Source: Hydrurus foetidus (Eukaryota). Taken from it: a DNA stretch of 64,000 nucleotides. Below, one piece after another: positions 1 through 9,966 of this stretch. Both the position numbers and the translations under genes were made by a program. The notes beneath the pieces are model-generated. The model was not told the DNA's origin, did no database searches, and saw only the letters and a program-made list of their open reading frames with translations. How positions within the stretch are numbered: position 1 is the first letter of the stretch; every line of letters begins with the position of its first letter. Location: positions 124,001 to 188,000 of the forward strand of contig UYFQ01000010.1 of the NCBI GenBank assembly GCA_900617105.1, given 5' to 3'.

Positions 1-133
1 GAAGAAATTCGGGGTCGGCGAACGCCAGACGGTAGGCGTCGGCCTCCAGAACATTCCCCAGATCGGCATGGGCTTGCAGGTCAGACCAGGCATTGGCCAG
101 GCGAGCTTCGTTGAGGTTTTGGGTGTTTTCCAT
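1..133 (-). CDS. LOG/TIGR00730-like Rossmann-fold protein, N-terminal part (runs off the window)
   Basis: Manual translation from ATG at 133 gives MENTQNLNEARLANAWSDLQAHADLGNVLEADAYRLAFADPEF. The AYRLAFADPEF motif is typical of this family. Confidence 0.6.
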   Translation of the reverse strand, partial: MENTQNLNEARLANAWSDLQAHADLGNVLEADAYRLAFADPEFL

Positions 134-163
134 GCAACCATTGTGCGGCAAATGCAAGACAGC

Positions 164-189
164 AAAAAGGCTCCCGAAGGAGCCTTTTT
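164..189 (-). terminator. Rho-independent terminator after efp (bidirectional shape)
   Basis: AAAAAGGCTCC-CGAA-GGAGCCTTTTT hairpin with A/T tails. Confidence 0.85.
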
Positions 190-208
190 GATAAGCACGA
201 AACGCGGT

Positions 209-763
209 TTAGACGCGCTTGCGGTATTCGCCGGTACGGGTGTCGATTTCGACCTTGTCGCCTTGGGCCACAAAAATTGGCACGCCGATTTCGAAACCGG
301 TGGCGATCTTGGCAGGCTTCAGAACCTTGCCGGAAGTGTCGCCCTTGACGGCGGGCTCAGTCCAGGTGATCTCGCGTTCGACGCTGGTAGGCAGTTCCAC
401 GGAGATGGCCTTGCCTTCGTAGAACACCACTTCGGCGGTCATGCCGTCTTCCAGGTAGTTCAGCGAGTCGCCCATGTTGTCGGATTCGACTTCGTACTGG
501 TTGTAGTCAGCGTCCATCCAAACATACAGGGGGTCGGCAAAGTAGGAGTAGGTGCAATCCTTTTTGTCCAGAATGACCTGGTCGATCTTGTCATCGGCCT
601 TGAACACGACTTCGGTACCGAAGTTGGCAATCAGGCTCTTGAGCTTCATGCGCACGGTGGCCGAGTTGCGGCCGCCGCGGCTGTATTCGGTTTTCAGGAC
701 GACCATGGGGTCTTTGCCGTGCATGATCACATTGCCAGCGCGGATTTCTTGAGCGATTTTCAT
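209..763 (-). CDS. efp: Elongation factor P (Arg32 type, EarP substrate)
   Basis: [13 protein letters not shown]...[10 protein letters not shown]...PAVKGDT...IDTRTGEY; start trimmed to ATG at 763; adjacent to earP. Confidence 0.97.
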   Translation of the reverse strand: MKIAQEIRAGNVIMHGKDPMVVLKTEYSRGGRNSATVRMKLKSLIANFGTEVVFKADDKIDQVILDKKDCTYSYFADPLYVWMDADYNQYEVESDNMGDSLNYLEDGMTAEVVFYEGKAISVELPTSVEREITWTEPAVKGDTSGKVLKPAKIATGFEIGVPIFVAQGDKVEIDTRTGEYRKRV

Positions 764-869
764 AGGGTTGCAGGAACGATTGTCACTTGGTGCGACTGTA
801 GGCCGCAGTCTGCGGCGGGGCATGACTTGCCCCAAAACTCAGGCGGCAAATTCAGCTAAGCCTCGGATT

Positions 870-2009
870 TTATCTTTTTTTCTTCACGAAATTGGTGAGC
901 TGGCTGGCGAGGTCATCCATTTGCAGCAGAGTCTGGCGCCATTGTTGTGCGGCCAGTGACCATTCCGCCAGCGGCAAGTCGCCCCAACGGATGGCGTTGG
1001 GGGCGGATGCCGACGCAGCTGCAGTGCCATTCCAGGCATGGTGCGCAGCGCGCAAGGAAGCTGGCGCCTGCATCTGGTCCAGCAGCGCGCCCAGTTTGTC
1101 GGCGTGGGCGCCATCGTCCTGCGGGTAGATGTGCCACAGCCAGGGTTTGCCGGCCCAGATCGCGCGCACCAGCGAGTCCTCGCCCCTTACCAGGTTCAGG
1201 TCGCAGGTCCACAGCAGTTCGTCAAATTCGGGTTGGGTTAATGGCTCCAGCCAGTGCAGTGCCAGAGCGTCAGCGCCGGTGGTTGGCAGATCCATCTGCG
1301 CCAACGCAGATTGCACTGTGCGCTGGGCCCGGCCCGGCGTGACCAGCAGCAGCGTGGGCGTGGCGCCTTCCACCAGGCCTTGCAGCAGGTTGGTGAGCGC
1401 GGGTGGTTCGTAGCAAAACAGCGAGACCAGGCGTTGACCTTGCCAGATAACGCCTTTCTGCGCCAGCCAGGCCCGGCGTGCAGCGTCATCAAACGCGGCT
1501 TGACGTGCCAAGTAGTCCGACTCACGCAACAGGCCGCCAGTGCGTGGTGTGAAGCCGGGGTAAGAGAAATGCTTGGTCCAGCCCTGCCCCGGGCCCTGCA
1601 TGACGGGCGAGGGCAGGGCGTGGCAGCGCTCCACATAGGCCTCGGCCGACAGGTACTCCAGGTTGATCCACACCGGTGGTTTATGCTTATTTTGGCCTCT
1701 AGCCCCCGTATTCATTACGCGAGCAGCTATGAATTCAGGAGCAATCTCGCAGCCAAAGCCTTCTACCCACACGTCGGCCTGAGGCAGTTCTTCCAGTACC
1801 TCTGGCGTTTGCGCATCCGCCCAATCGCGCACCTGCACGCCGGGCCAGCTGCCCCCAACTGCGCCGGGGGCCATCCAGGCCAGGGCGCTCTTGTCGTCTA
1901 CCCACAGGCGCACCGTGTGGCCGCGGCGGGCCAGGTCAGCGCACAGGCGCCAACAAACGCCGATGTCGCCAAAGTTGTCGATGACCTTGCAGAAAATATC
2001 CCATTGCAT
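870..2009 (-). CDS. earP: EF-P arginine rhamnosyltransferase
   Basis: MQWDIFCKVIDNFGDIGVCWRL, WINLEYLSAE and NLVRGEDS motifs; upstream of efp. Confidence 0.95.
   Translation of the reverse strand: MQWDIFCKVIDNFGDIGVCWRLCADLARRGHTVRLWVDDKSALAWMAPGAVGGSWPGVQVRDWADAQTPEVLEELPQADVWVEGFGCEIAPEFIAARVMNTGARGQNKHKPPVWINLEYLSAEAYVERCHALPSPVMQGPGQGWTKHFSYPGFTPRTGGLLRESDYLARQAAFDDAARRAWLAQKGVIWQGQRLVSLFCYEPPALTNLLQGLVEGATPTLLLVTPGRAQRTVQSALAQMDLPTTGADALALHWLEPLTQPEFDELLWTCDLNLVRGEDSLVRAIWAGKPWLWHIYPQDDGAHADKLGALLDQMQAPASLRAAHHAWNGTAAASASAPNAIRWGDLPLAEWSLAAQQWRQTLLQMDDLASQLTNFVKKKR
1699..1743 (+). repeat. Dispersed 45-bp motif, copy 1 (inside earP, antisense)
   Basis: CTAGCCCCCGTATTCATTACGCGAGCAGCTATGAATTCAGGAGCA. 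Confidence 0.9.
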
Positions 2010-2066
2010 GGTGGCTATTGTCCATGCGGTGCCAGCGTCCCCAATGAGCAAGCACAATAGCGTCCC

Positions 2067-4052
2067 ATGTCTGAAGCACCCTCCGCAGAAACCCATTCCG
2101 ACGCGCTGCTGCGCGAAGTAGCGGCCCTGCCGTCCCTGCCCGGGGTATACCGCTACTTTGATGCGGACAACCAACTGCTGTACGTGGGCAAGGCCATCAG
2201 CCTGAAGAAGCGTGTCAGCAGTTATTTTCAGAAAAACCATGGCGGTACGCGCATCGGCCACATGGTCAGCAAGATTGTGCGCATGGAGACCACGGTGGTG
2301 CGCTCCGAGGCGGAAGCGCTGCTGCTGGAAAACAACCTCATCAAGACGCAGAACCCAAAATACAACATCCTGTTTCGGGACGACAAGAGCTACCCCTATC
2401 TGAAGATGACCGGTACGCCGCCGGTGCCCAAGCACCTGGCGCCCGCCGAGGTGTCGGGCAAGCCCCGTCCACCACAGCCGGTGGAGTTCGCCCGCGTGTC
2501 CTACTACCGAGGTGGTGTGGAAAAAAAGCACCGTTACTTCGGCCCCTACCCGAGTGCCTGGGCGGTGAAAGAGGCGATCCTGCTGATGCAAAAGGTGTTT
2601 CGCCTGCGCACCTGCGAAGACCCGGTATTCAGCAACCGCACCCGGCCCTGTTTGCTATACCAGATCAAACGATGCTCCGCCCCCTGCGTGGGCCACATCA
2701 GCCCGTTGGACTACGCCCAGGACGTGGCCAATGCCGAGCGCTTTTTGCGTGGCGAGGCGCAGGACGTGATGCGTGGCCTGGAGGCCCGCATGATGGCGCA
2801 CTCCGACAAGCTGGAGTTTGAACAGGCCGCCGAGCTGCGCAACCAGGTGGCGGCACTGTCGAATGTGCTGCACCAGCAGTCGGTGGACAACGTGTCGGAC
2901 CGCGATGTGGACATCCTGGCCGTCAAGGTGCAGGGCGGCAAGGCGTGCGTGAACCTGGCCATGGTGCGTGGTGGCCGCCATCTGGGCGACCGGCCCTATT
3001 TCCCCGTCCATGTGGAAGACGCCACGGTGATGGGCGAGGCCGATGACAGCGAAGCCAAGCGCTCGGTCGAGGCCCAGGTGCTGGAGGCCTTCCTGGCGCA
3101 GCACTATATAGATGTGCCCATGCCCGGGGCCCTGGTGGTGAGCGAGCCTGTGAGCAAGCTGCTGTTGCAGGCGCTGTCCGAGCAAACCGGCATCAAGGTC
3201 ACCGCGGTGCACCAGCCGCGTGAACAGCGCCGCGCCTGGCTGGACATGGCGCAGACCAACGCCGCGCTGCAGCTGGCGCGCCTGTTGGCCGAAGAAGGCT
3301 CGCAGCAGGCGCGCACCCGCGCGCTGGCCGACGCGCTGGACCTGGCGCTGGATGACCTGGATGCACTGCGCATCGAGTGCTTTGACATTTCGCACACGGC
3401 GGGCGAGGCTACGCAGGCCTCGTGCGTCGTGTTCCAGCACCACAAGATGCAGAACAGCGAGTACCGCCGCTTCAATATCGAAGGCATCACCGGTGGTGAC
3501 GATTACGCCGCCATGCGCCAGGTGCTGACGCGGCGTTACAGCAAGCTGGCGGAGGCGCTGCGCGAAGCCAAGCACCAGGGCACCACGCCCTCCGGCACCG
3601 CACGGTTCCCGGACCTGGTGCTGGTGGACGGCGGCAAGGGCCAGGTGGCCATGGCGCGCGAGGTGTTTGAGAGCCTGGGGCTGGACCTGTCACTCATCGT
3701 CGGGGTGGAGAAGGGCGAGGGCCGCAAGGTGGGGCTGGAGGAGCTGGTGTTTGCCGATGGCCGCGACAAGGTGTACCTGGGGGCAGACTCGGCGGCGCTC
3801 ATGCTGGTCGCGCAGATCCGCGACGAAGCCCACCGCTTTGCCATCACTGGCATGCGCGCTGCGCGCGCCAAGGTGCGTACCGGCGGCGGCAAGCTCGAAG
3901 AGATTCCGGGCATAGGCCCCAAGCGCCGCGCCAAACTGCTGCAGCGTTTTGGCGGGGTGCGTGGCGTGGCGCTGGCTAGCGCGCAGGACATTGCCACCGT
4001 GGACGGAATATCGCGTGAACTGGCCGATGAAATCTACCGAGCCCTGCATTAG
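2067..4052 (+). CDS. uvrC: Excinuclease ABC subunit C
   Basis: GIY-YIG N-terminus (PGVYRY...LLYVGKA), [22 protein letters not shown]-terminal HhH. Confidence 0.97.
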   Translation: MSEAPSAETHSDALLREVAALPSLPGVYRYFDADNQLLYVGKAISLKKRVSSYFQKNHGGTRIGHMVSKIVRMETTVVRSEAEALLLENNLIKTQNPKYNILFRDDKSYPYLKMTGTPPVPKHLAPAEVSGKPRPPQPVEFARVSYYRGGVEKKHRYFGPYPSAWAVKEAILLMQKVFRLRTCEDPVFSNRTRPCLLYQIKRCSAPCVGHISPLDYAQDVANAERFLRGEAQDVMRGLEARMMAHSDKLEFEQAAELRNQVAALSNVLHQQSVDNVSDRDVDILAVKVQGGKACVNLAMVRGGRHLGDRPYFPVHVEDATVMGEADDSEAKRSVEAQVLEAFLAQHYIDVPMPGALVVSEPVSKLLLQALSEQTGIKVTAVHQPREQRRAWLDMAQTNAALQLARLLAEEGSQQARTRALADALDLALDDLDALRIECFDISHTAGEATQASCVVFQHHKMQNSEYRRFNIEGITGGDDYAAMRQVLTRRYSKLAEALREAKHQGTTPSGTARFPDLVLVDGGKGQVAMAREVFESLGLDLSLIVGVEKGEGRKVGLEELVFADGRDKVYLGADSAALMLVAQIRDEAHRFAITGMRAARAKVRTGGGKLEEIPGIGPKRRAKLLQRFGGVRGVALASAQDIATVDGISRELADEIYRALH

Positions 4053-4070
4053 CCGTGCCACAATCCCGCC

Positions 4071-4646
4071 ATGTTTATGACCATCCCCACCTTCATGACC
4101 TGGACGCGAATCTTCGCAATTCCCCTCATCGTGGGCGTCTTTTATTTGCCAGACTCCATGGCATCGGTGTACGAACGAAATCTGGTGGCCACCATCATGT
4201 TCGTCGTATTCGCGGCGACGGACTGGCTGGACGGTTACCTGGCGCGCAAGCTCAACCAAACTTCGTCGTTTGGCGCTTTCCTGGACCCGGTGGCAGATAA
4301 ATTTTTGGTGTGCGCCTGTGTGTTGGTGCTGGTGCACCTGCAGCGCGCCGATGCGTTTGTGGCTCTCATCATCATCGGCCGCGAGATCGCGATCTCTGCC
4401 TTGCGCGAGTGGATGGCACAGATTGGGGCATCGCGAAGCGTCGCCGTACACATGATCGGCAAGGTCAAAACCGTGGTGCAAATGGTGGCCATTCCCTTCC
4501 TGCTGTTTGACAGTTTGTTGTTCGGAATCATCGACACCCACCTCTGGGGTGTGTGGTTGATCTGGGCCGCTGCGGTGCTGACCGTGTGGTCCATGGTGTA
4601 TTACCTGCAAAAGGCCTTGCCGGAGATTCGGGCCCGCACCAAGTAG
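4071..4646 (+). CDS. pgsA: CDP-diacylglycerol--glycerol-3-phosphate 3-phosphatidyltransferase
   Basis: DWLDGYLARKLNQTSSFGAFLDPVADK motif; follows uvrC. Confidence 0.95.
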   Translation: MFMTIPTFMTWTRIFAIPLIVGVFYLPDSMASVYERNLVATIMFVVFAATDWLDGYLARKLNQTSSFGAFLDPVADKFLVCACVLVLVHLQRADAFVALIIIGREIAISALREWMAQIGASRSVAVHMIGKVKTVVQMVAIPFLLFDSLLFGIIDTHLWGVWLIWAAAVLTVWSMVYYLQKALPEIRARTK

Positions 4647-4812
4647 CCTTACACAGACCTTGCGCCCTGAAGCGGTGCGCAGTCATTGGGCACGCATACT
4701 GTTGCATTTGCGACAGGGCGGGCCTGCAGAAAAAACTTCTGCTTGCCGGGCAGTTTCCCAAAAAATTCCGTCTAGAATTCGCCTCCGCGTTGTTGCAATG
4801 TTGCACGGCATA

Positions 4813-4841
4813 TTGACACGGTATTAGCCCGTGGCTTTAAT
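4813..4841 (+). promoter_or_regulatory. Putative sigma70 promoter for hupB
   Basis: TTGACA-17 bp-TTTAAT. Confidence 0.6.
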
Positions 4842-4984
4842 GCAATGCAGCAGTCACCGCTACTGCTGAAGAAAGCCGTGTTGTTTTTTGCGCCGTGTGC
4901 CGTTGCACACCGCGGCAAGCGCAAGGCGGTACAAAATATTTTGAAGAGACAATCGATTAACGCGCTTCCGTACAAGGGGTCTTT

Positions 4985-5257
4985 GTGAATAAAACTGAAC
5001 TGATTGAGCACATTGCAAAACACGCCGACATTTCCAAGGCTGCGGCAACGCGCGCACTGGAGTCCACCATTGGTGCAGTGAAGACCACCTTGAAAAAAGG
5101 TGGCACTGTTTCTCTGGTTGGATTTGGTACTTTTGCAGTGGGTAAACGTGCTGCCCGCACCGGTCGCAATCCACGTACCGGCGATGCGATTAAAATCAAG
5201 GCTGCCAAAGTTCCAAAGTTCCGTCCAGGCAAAGCATTGAAAGATGCCCTGAACTAA
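4985..5257 (+). CDS. hupB: DNA-binding protein HU
   Basis: [11 protein letters not shown]...GFGTF...RTGRNPRTG...[17 protein letters not shown] start. Confidence 0.95.
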   Translation: MNKTELIEHIAKHADISKAAATRALESTIGAVKTTLKKGGTVSLVGFGTFAVGKRAARTGRNPRTGDAIKIKAAKVPKFRPGKALKDALN

Positions 5258-5273
5258 GATTAGGTTTATGTTT

Positions 5274-5349
5274 GGGTGATTAGCTCAGTTGGTAGAGCGT
5301 CTGCCTTACACGCAGAATGTCGGCGGTTCGAGCCCGTCATCACCCACCA
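5274..5349 (+). tRNA. tRNA-Val (TAC)
   Basis: 76-nt cloverleaf; anticodon arm TCTGC-CTTACAC-GCAGA; GTTCGAG T-loop; encoded CCA. Confidence 0.97.
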
Positions 5350-5360
5350 CCACACCCAGT

Positions 5361-5389
5361 AAAGGCGAACACACATGTTCGCCTTTTTT
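5361..5389 (+). terminator. Rho-independent terminator
   Basis: AAAGGCGAACA-CACA-TGTTCGCCTTTTTT. Confidence 0.85.
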
Positions 5390-5413
5390 GTTGTTTTCAT
5401 GGAGAGTTAGCGC

Positions 5414-7342
5414 ATGTTCGATTTTGTCCGCAAGTACACCAAGGTGATTGCCATACCTTTGTTCTTGCTCATCATCTTGGCGTTTGTCATGGTGGGTGTG
5501 GATGGTTACAAGGGCATGAGCCGGGGTGCCACCGTCGCCACCATCGGCAGTGCCAAGGTGACCCAGGAGGAGTGGGACTACGCCCACAAGAATGAAGTCG
5601 ATCGCCTGCGTGCGTCGATGCCCAATGTGGACCCCAAGCTGCTGGACTCTCCACAGGCCCGTTATGCCACGCTGGAGCGCCTGGTGCGCGAGCGCGTGAT
5701 GGCTGCTGCCGTGAAGGACGCACACTTCACCACCTCGGACGCGCGACTGGCCCGAGAACTCCAACAAAACCCCACCATTGCCGGCCTGCGCAAACCCGAC
5801 GGCAGCATGGACATTGAACGCTACCGCCAGTTGGCTGCCAGCCAGGGCCTGACGCCTGAAGGCCTGGAAGCCCGTGTGCGCAGCGACCTGACCCTCATGC
5901 AGGTGGAGTCCGGCATCTCTTCTACGGCCTTCTCCGCCAACGCCGTGGCCGACATCGCGCTCAATGCGTTTTTTGAACGCCGTGAAGTGCAGATCGCGCG
6001 CTTTGCCCCTGCAGACTTTGCCGGCAAGGTCAACCCGTCCGATGCAGACATCGACGCGTTCTATCAGGCCAATGCGCCGCTGTTCCAGTCCACCGAGTCG
6101 GCCAACATCGAGTACGTGGTGCTGGATGTGGATGCCATCAAAAAGACAGTGACCGTTAACGAAGCGGACCTGAAGTCCTACTACGAACAAAACGCCACCC
6201 GCCTGAGCAGCAAGGAAGAGCGCCGCGCCAGCCACATCCTGATCAACGCGTCCAAGACCATGCCCGAGGCTGAACGTCAAAAGGCCAAGGAAAAGGCCTT
6301 GGCTTTGTTGGAGCAGGCACGCAAGGCCCCCGCTTCTTTTGCCGACCTGGCCAAGAAGAACTCGCAAGACACCGGATCTGCCCCTGGCGGTGGCGATCTG
6401 AATTTCTTTGCACGTGGCTCCATGGTCAAACCCTTTGAAGAAGCCGTGTTTGCCATGAAGAAGGGTGATATCAGTGATCTGGTGGAGTCTGACTTTGGTT
6501 TCCACATCATCAAACTCACGGACGTGAAAGCGCCCAAGCAGCCCAGCTTTGAGGAGCTTCGCGCCGGTCTGGAGAGCGAGCTGCGCGTGCAACAAGCCCA
6601 GCGCAAGTTTGCCGAAGTGGCAGAGTCGTTCACCAACGGTGTGTACGAACAATCGGACAGCTTGAAACCCATTGCCGACCGCCTGAAGTTGGAGGTGAAG
6701 ACCGCCGCCAACGTGCAGCGCACGCCTGCTGCCGGTGTTACCGGCGTGCTGGCCAACGCCAAATTGCTGGCTGCCATCTTCAACCCCGACTCTGTGGACA
6801 AGAAACGCAATACCGAAGCTATGGAAACCGGCTCCAGCCAACTGACGGCGGCCCACGTCGTGAGTTACAACCCCGCACGCACCTTGCCTTTGGCCGAGGT
6901 GCGCGGCCAGGTGCGTGAACGCCTGGTGGCCAGCCGCTCGCAGGAACTGGCGAAGAAAGAAGGCGCGGACAAGCTGGCTGCGTGGCAAGCCGCACCTGCC
7001 AGCGCCAGCTTCCCCGCTGCGGTGACGGTATCGCGCGAGCCCGGCCAGCCGGTGCAGGGCCCCGTGCTTGACGCAGCCTTGCGTGCCGATCCCGCCAAAC
7101 TGCCCGCCTTTGTGGGCGTGGACTTGGGCGCCCAGGGGTATGCCGTGGTCAAGGTGAGCAAAGTGCTGCCGCGCAACCCGGTGACCGACGCCGTGGCCAA
7201 ACAAGAGCGCAACCAGTACGCCCAGTGGATGGCCAACGCCGAAAGCCAAGCCTACTACCTGACCCTGAAAGACCGCTTCAAGGTACAGATCAAGGTGCCT
7301 ACGCCAGCTGGCGTGGGATCTGCCCCCGCCGTTGCAGAATAG
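5414..7342 (+). CDS. ppiD: Periplasmic chaperone / peptidyl-prolyl isomerase PpiD (SurA N-terminal + rotamase domains)
   Basis: N-terminal TM helix, [37 protein letters not shown]; follows hupB. Confidence 0.9.
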   Translation: MFDFVRKYTKVIAIPLFLLIILAFVMVGVDGYKGMSRGATVATIGSAKVTQEEWDYAHKNEVDRLRASMPNVDPKLLDSPQARYATLERLVRERVMAAAVKDAHFTTSDARLARELQQNPTIAGLRKPDGSMDIERYRQLAASQGLTPEGLEARVRSDLTLMQVESGISSTAFSANAVADIALNAFFERREVQIARFAPADFAGKVNPSDADIDAFYQANAPLFQSTESANIEYVVLDVDAIKKTVTVNEADLKSYYEQNATRLSSKEERRASHILINASKTMPEAERQKAKEKALALLEQARKAPASFADLAKKNSQDTGSAPGGGDLNFFARGSMVKPFEEAVFAMKKGDISDLVESDFGFHIIKLTDVKAPKQPSFEELRAGLESELRVQQAQRKFAEVAESFTNGVYEQSDSLKPIADRLKLEVKTAANVQRTPAAGVTGVLANAKLLAAIFNPDSVDKKRNTEAMETGSSQLTAAHVVSYNPARTLPLAEVRGQVRERLVASRSQELAKKEGADKLAAWQAAPASASFPAAVTVSREPGQPVQGPVLDAALRADPAKLPAFVGVDLGAQGYAVVKVSKVLPRNPVTDAVAKQERNQYAQWMANAESQAYYLTLKDRFKVQIKVPTPAGVGSAPAVAE

Positions 7343-7374
7343 CTCTTTTTATCGGGTTATAATCGTGCGCTTAC

Positions 7375-7451
7375 GGTGGCTGTAGCTCAGTTGGTAGAGT
7401 CCAGGATTGTGATTCCTGTTGTCGTGGGTTCGAGCCCCATCAGCCACCCCA
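7375..7451 (+). tRNA. tRNA-His (GTG)
   Basis: Cloverleaf with G-1, anticodon GTG and CCA end; TATAAT at 7358-7363. Confidence 0.97.
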
Positions 7452-7462
7452 AGTGATATATG

Positions 7463-7497
7463 AAAAGCCTGCTATTCAAAAGATAGCAGGCTTTTTT
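7463..7497 (+). terminator. Rho-independent terminator after tRNA-His
   Basis: AAAAGCCTGCTAT-TCAAAAG-ATAGCAGGCTTTTTT. Confidence 0.85.
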
Positions 7498-8262
7498 CAT
7501 TTGTGTTGCTTGTAGGCAATCAGTAGGCAAATTGCCGAAATTGCCATAGGGGGATGCGTCCAATAACTTGGACTACTTGGAGGTAGTTCATGTATTCATA
7601 CGAAGAGCGCATTCAGGCAGGGCAGCTCGCGCATCTGCATTAACCAAGCCACCATGTCTGCCAGCCGAACCAAACGACCGTCGGCGGTGCCGTCACAGCG
7701 TTGCAAGCCATGGGGTGACTGTGCGGCCCATGATTCAGGCTGCACTATGGGGCGTGTATCTCCATCCGCGCCCAGCGCAGCGCACGATATGTTCAGATGG
7801 TGTCTCCGGTTGTGCGGCAAGCCAGGCGGCGAAGTCTGACGCGGCAATGAAGTAGGTCGTCACGTCATAGGGCTGGGGAGTCCTTTGCGTGGGCCTGGCG
7901 GAAATGAACCCGTCGCGCATAAGCCATTCACTCGATGTGAACCTGGTTTGTCGCTGCACTTGCAGCGGCTTGGGTGTCACCGTCACCGTTGTGGCTGTAT
8001 GGGCGAGCAGCCACTTTTACACGCATCCGCAATGCCGTTGGCCCTTGCCCGTGTAAGTCGAATTTTTGCGGTTTCGCCCTTGATCTGCGGGTATTGCAGC
8101 GCGGCCAGTTACCAATGCTTTAGCGTTTTAGGCCACCTGGCTGCGTGCTCTTCCTTGGTGAAGTTCTGCCCCATCTTGGCCATCGCCACGCGCCATGCAG
8201 CGCTAATCTTCCCCACAATTTCCCGGCAAGCGGTTCATCAATACTTGCTTCACGCTGTGCGT

Positions 8263-8550
8263 TCATGCGTGCGCCCTCAGAACGACATTGGTCCGGGCTT
8301 GCCTGTCATCGCCGTAAGCTTTGAATTTATCTATGACGTCCACGTCAAGCCACAGAGTGACCTCGGTGATTGGTTTGCCGCTGTCGGCAAATTTATTGGC
8401 GATAGCTTCCGCTTTCATTCTCGATTCAGAGAGTGCCCGCATCTTTGCGGCCTCTTCTGGTGTGTCCTCAATCGCATCCCACGCTGGCGAATCTTTTGCG
8501 ATCACTGTCATTGGGTTTTTGCATGGTGCGGCTTTCGGTGGTGCGTTCAC
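8263..8550 (-). CDS. BrnA-like antitoxin C-terminus with an XRE/HTH_37-like N-terminal segment (chimera)
   Basis: VTLWLDVDVIDKFKAYGDDRQARTNVVLR resembles the BrnA RHH domain; start overlaps the higA stop (ATGA). Confidence 0.55.
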   Translation of the reverse strand: MNAPPKAAPCKNPMTVIAKDSPAWDAIEDTPEEAAKMRALSESRMKAEAIANKFADSGKPITEVTLWLDVDVIDKFKAYGDDRQARTNVVLRAHA

Positions 8551-8861
8551 GCCACCATCGCTGGAGCTGGTTGAACGCGCATCGGTTTGGCTTTAAATCG
8601 AAGCTGTGCTTGCCACACGTCATAGGCGCTTTGTTCTGCCAGCCACACGCGGGCATCACCGCCACGCTCCACGCCTAGCCATGCCTCTATGCGCAGGGCC
8701 ATATCAGGCGAAATAGCAGCGCGGCCATTGAGCATGCGGGACAACGCGACACGCGACACACCTAGCTGTTCGGCTGCCAGGGTCACACTCAGTCCAAGGG
8801 AGGGCAGAACATCGTCGCGCAGTGTCAGGCCGGGGTGTGGTGGGTTAAACATACGGGCCAT
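8547..8861 (-). CDS. higA: HigA family antitoxin
   Basis: MFNPPHPG...LGVSRVALSRMLNGRAAISPDMALR; AGGAG RBS. Confidence 0.92.
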   Translation of the reverse strand: MARMFNPPHPGLTLRDDVLPSLGLSVTLAAEQLGVSRVALSRMLNGRAAISPDMALRIEAWLGVERGGDARVWLAEQSAYDVWQAQLRFKAKPMRVQPAPAMVA

Positions 8862-8871
8862 TGCGTCACTC

Positions 8872-9150
8872 CTAGTGGTAATCCATGTAATCAACCAGCA
8901 CAGCGTCTGTGCCATCAAAGGTAAAAGTCATGCGCCAGTTGCCGTTAACCGACACGGCCCAATGGCCTTTCAAGTCATCGTTTAACGGATGCCAGCCCCA
9001 ACCTGGGACGTTCATATCTGGCGCACTCGTGGCCACATCAAGGCGTGCAAGTAAGCGAGCCAGCTTTGAACCATGGTCTGGTCGGATGCCAGCTTTTGTG
9101 CCTCGCTCAAAGAACGCTTGCAGTCCCCTATGTCCGAATGACTTAATCAT
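8872..9150 (-). CDS. higB: HigB (RelE/ParE superfamily) toxin
   Basis: MIKSFGHRGL...HWAVSVNGNWRMTFTF...DYMDYH; toxin gene precedes antitoxin gene. Confidence 0.92.
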   Translation of the reverse strand: MIKSFGHRGLQAFFERGTKAGIRPDHGSKLARLLARLDVATSAPDMNVPGWGWHPLNDDLKGHWAVSVNGNWRMTFTFDGTDAVLVDYMDYH

Positions 9151-9155
9151 GGTCA

Positions 9156-9184
9156 ATTGTATCTTGTAGCGTTACACGTTGCAA
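9156..9184 (-). promoter_or_regulatory. higBA promoter with operator palindrome
   Basis: TTGCAA-17 bp-TACAAT on the minus strand; TGTAGCGTTACA near-palindrome (9165-9176) in the spacer. Confidence 0.65.
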
Positions 9185-9308
9185 ATTTGCTGTAGTGGTC
9201 AAGTAATTTCGGACAGTCATCCGGGGTGGTCTCTGCCCCGCGCGCTGGTCTGCTCCCGTCCGCCCCCACGTGGGGGCTCCCCCAGCTCGCGCGATTGTTT
9301 GGTCGGTT

Positions 9309-9353
9309 TGCTACAAAATTAGTAGCGTTCCCCGCTTGTAATACGGGGGCTAC
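9309..9353 (-). repeat. Dispersed 45-bp motif, copy 2 (intergenic)
   Basis: Reverse complement: GTAGCCCCCGTATTACAAGCGGGGAACGCTACTAATTTTGTAGCA. Confidence 0.85.
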
Positions 9354-9651
9354 AGGCCGAAATGGTCTGTAAGCCAGTGTCGCCACTGGCTTGCTTTTCA
9401 GGTGCAAACGCAATATCGGCCCTGCGGTTTTGGGTGCTGCTTAGACAAGCCGTACGGTACGTGGTGGACAGAACCTGCAAGCGAGTTTTCTCCTTTGTCT
9501 CCTTTGTCTCCATCGCCTCCATGTATCAGCCCCTCGAAGTCTCCGTGTGGAGTCGCCGTTTTGGTGAGCACATTGCCGCATGTATGCCAAAGTCCAAAAA
9601 TCGAACAAAACACCAATTACAATAAAATCACCAGAAAAAGTCAGCTCCGGC

Positions 9652-9966
9652 GTGACCACTGCAGACCCCCGCCCCTACCTGCCCGCCAAAGATGTGGCTC
9701 GGCAATTGAAGGTTTCCACCAACACCATCAGGCTGTGGACCGACAAAGGCTTACTCCCCTGCGAAACCGCGCTGGGAGGCCATCAGCGCTTTTTGCGCAC
9801 CGAGGTCGAGAAAATCATGAAAACCCAAAGCGCTGATGAAGCGAAAAAATCGCCGTCGATTTTGATCTGTGAAGACGATGTCGATCTGGCCCAGACCATT
9901 GCCGAGGGCGCTGAAGGCTGCCTGCTTCAACCCCTTCGTATCAAGGACGCCCCATGCCCACATTGA
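9652..9966 (+). CDS. Excisionase/MerR-like HTH protein with an internally deleted receiver domain (paralog of 10519-11100; possibly a pseudogene)
   Basis: YLPAKDVARQLKVSTNTIRLWTDKGLLPC...GGHQRF; the REC domain lacks 79 codons; start uncertain (GTG 9652). Confidence 0.7.
   Translation: MTTADPRPYLPAKDVARQLKVSTNTIRLWTDKGLLPCETALGGHQRFLRTEVEKIMKTQSADEAKKSPSILICEDDVDLAQTIAEGAEGCLLQPLRIKDAPCPH

Noticed and set aside
2410..2487. Pro-rich extra segment in UvrC
   Set aside because: It matches neither repeat family and looks like an ordinary lineage-specific loop.
5306..7249. Long antisense ORFs (e.g. 647 aa opposite ppiD; others opposite uvrC, qor, rlmD and the acyl-CoA dehydrogenase)
   Set aside because: Shadow ORFs expected from high-GC codon bias opposite well-supported genes; no recognisable motifs.
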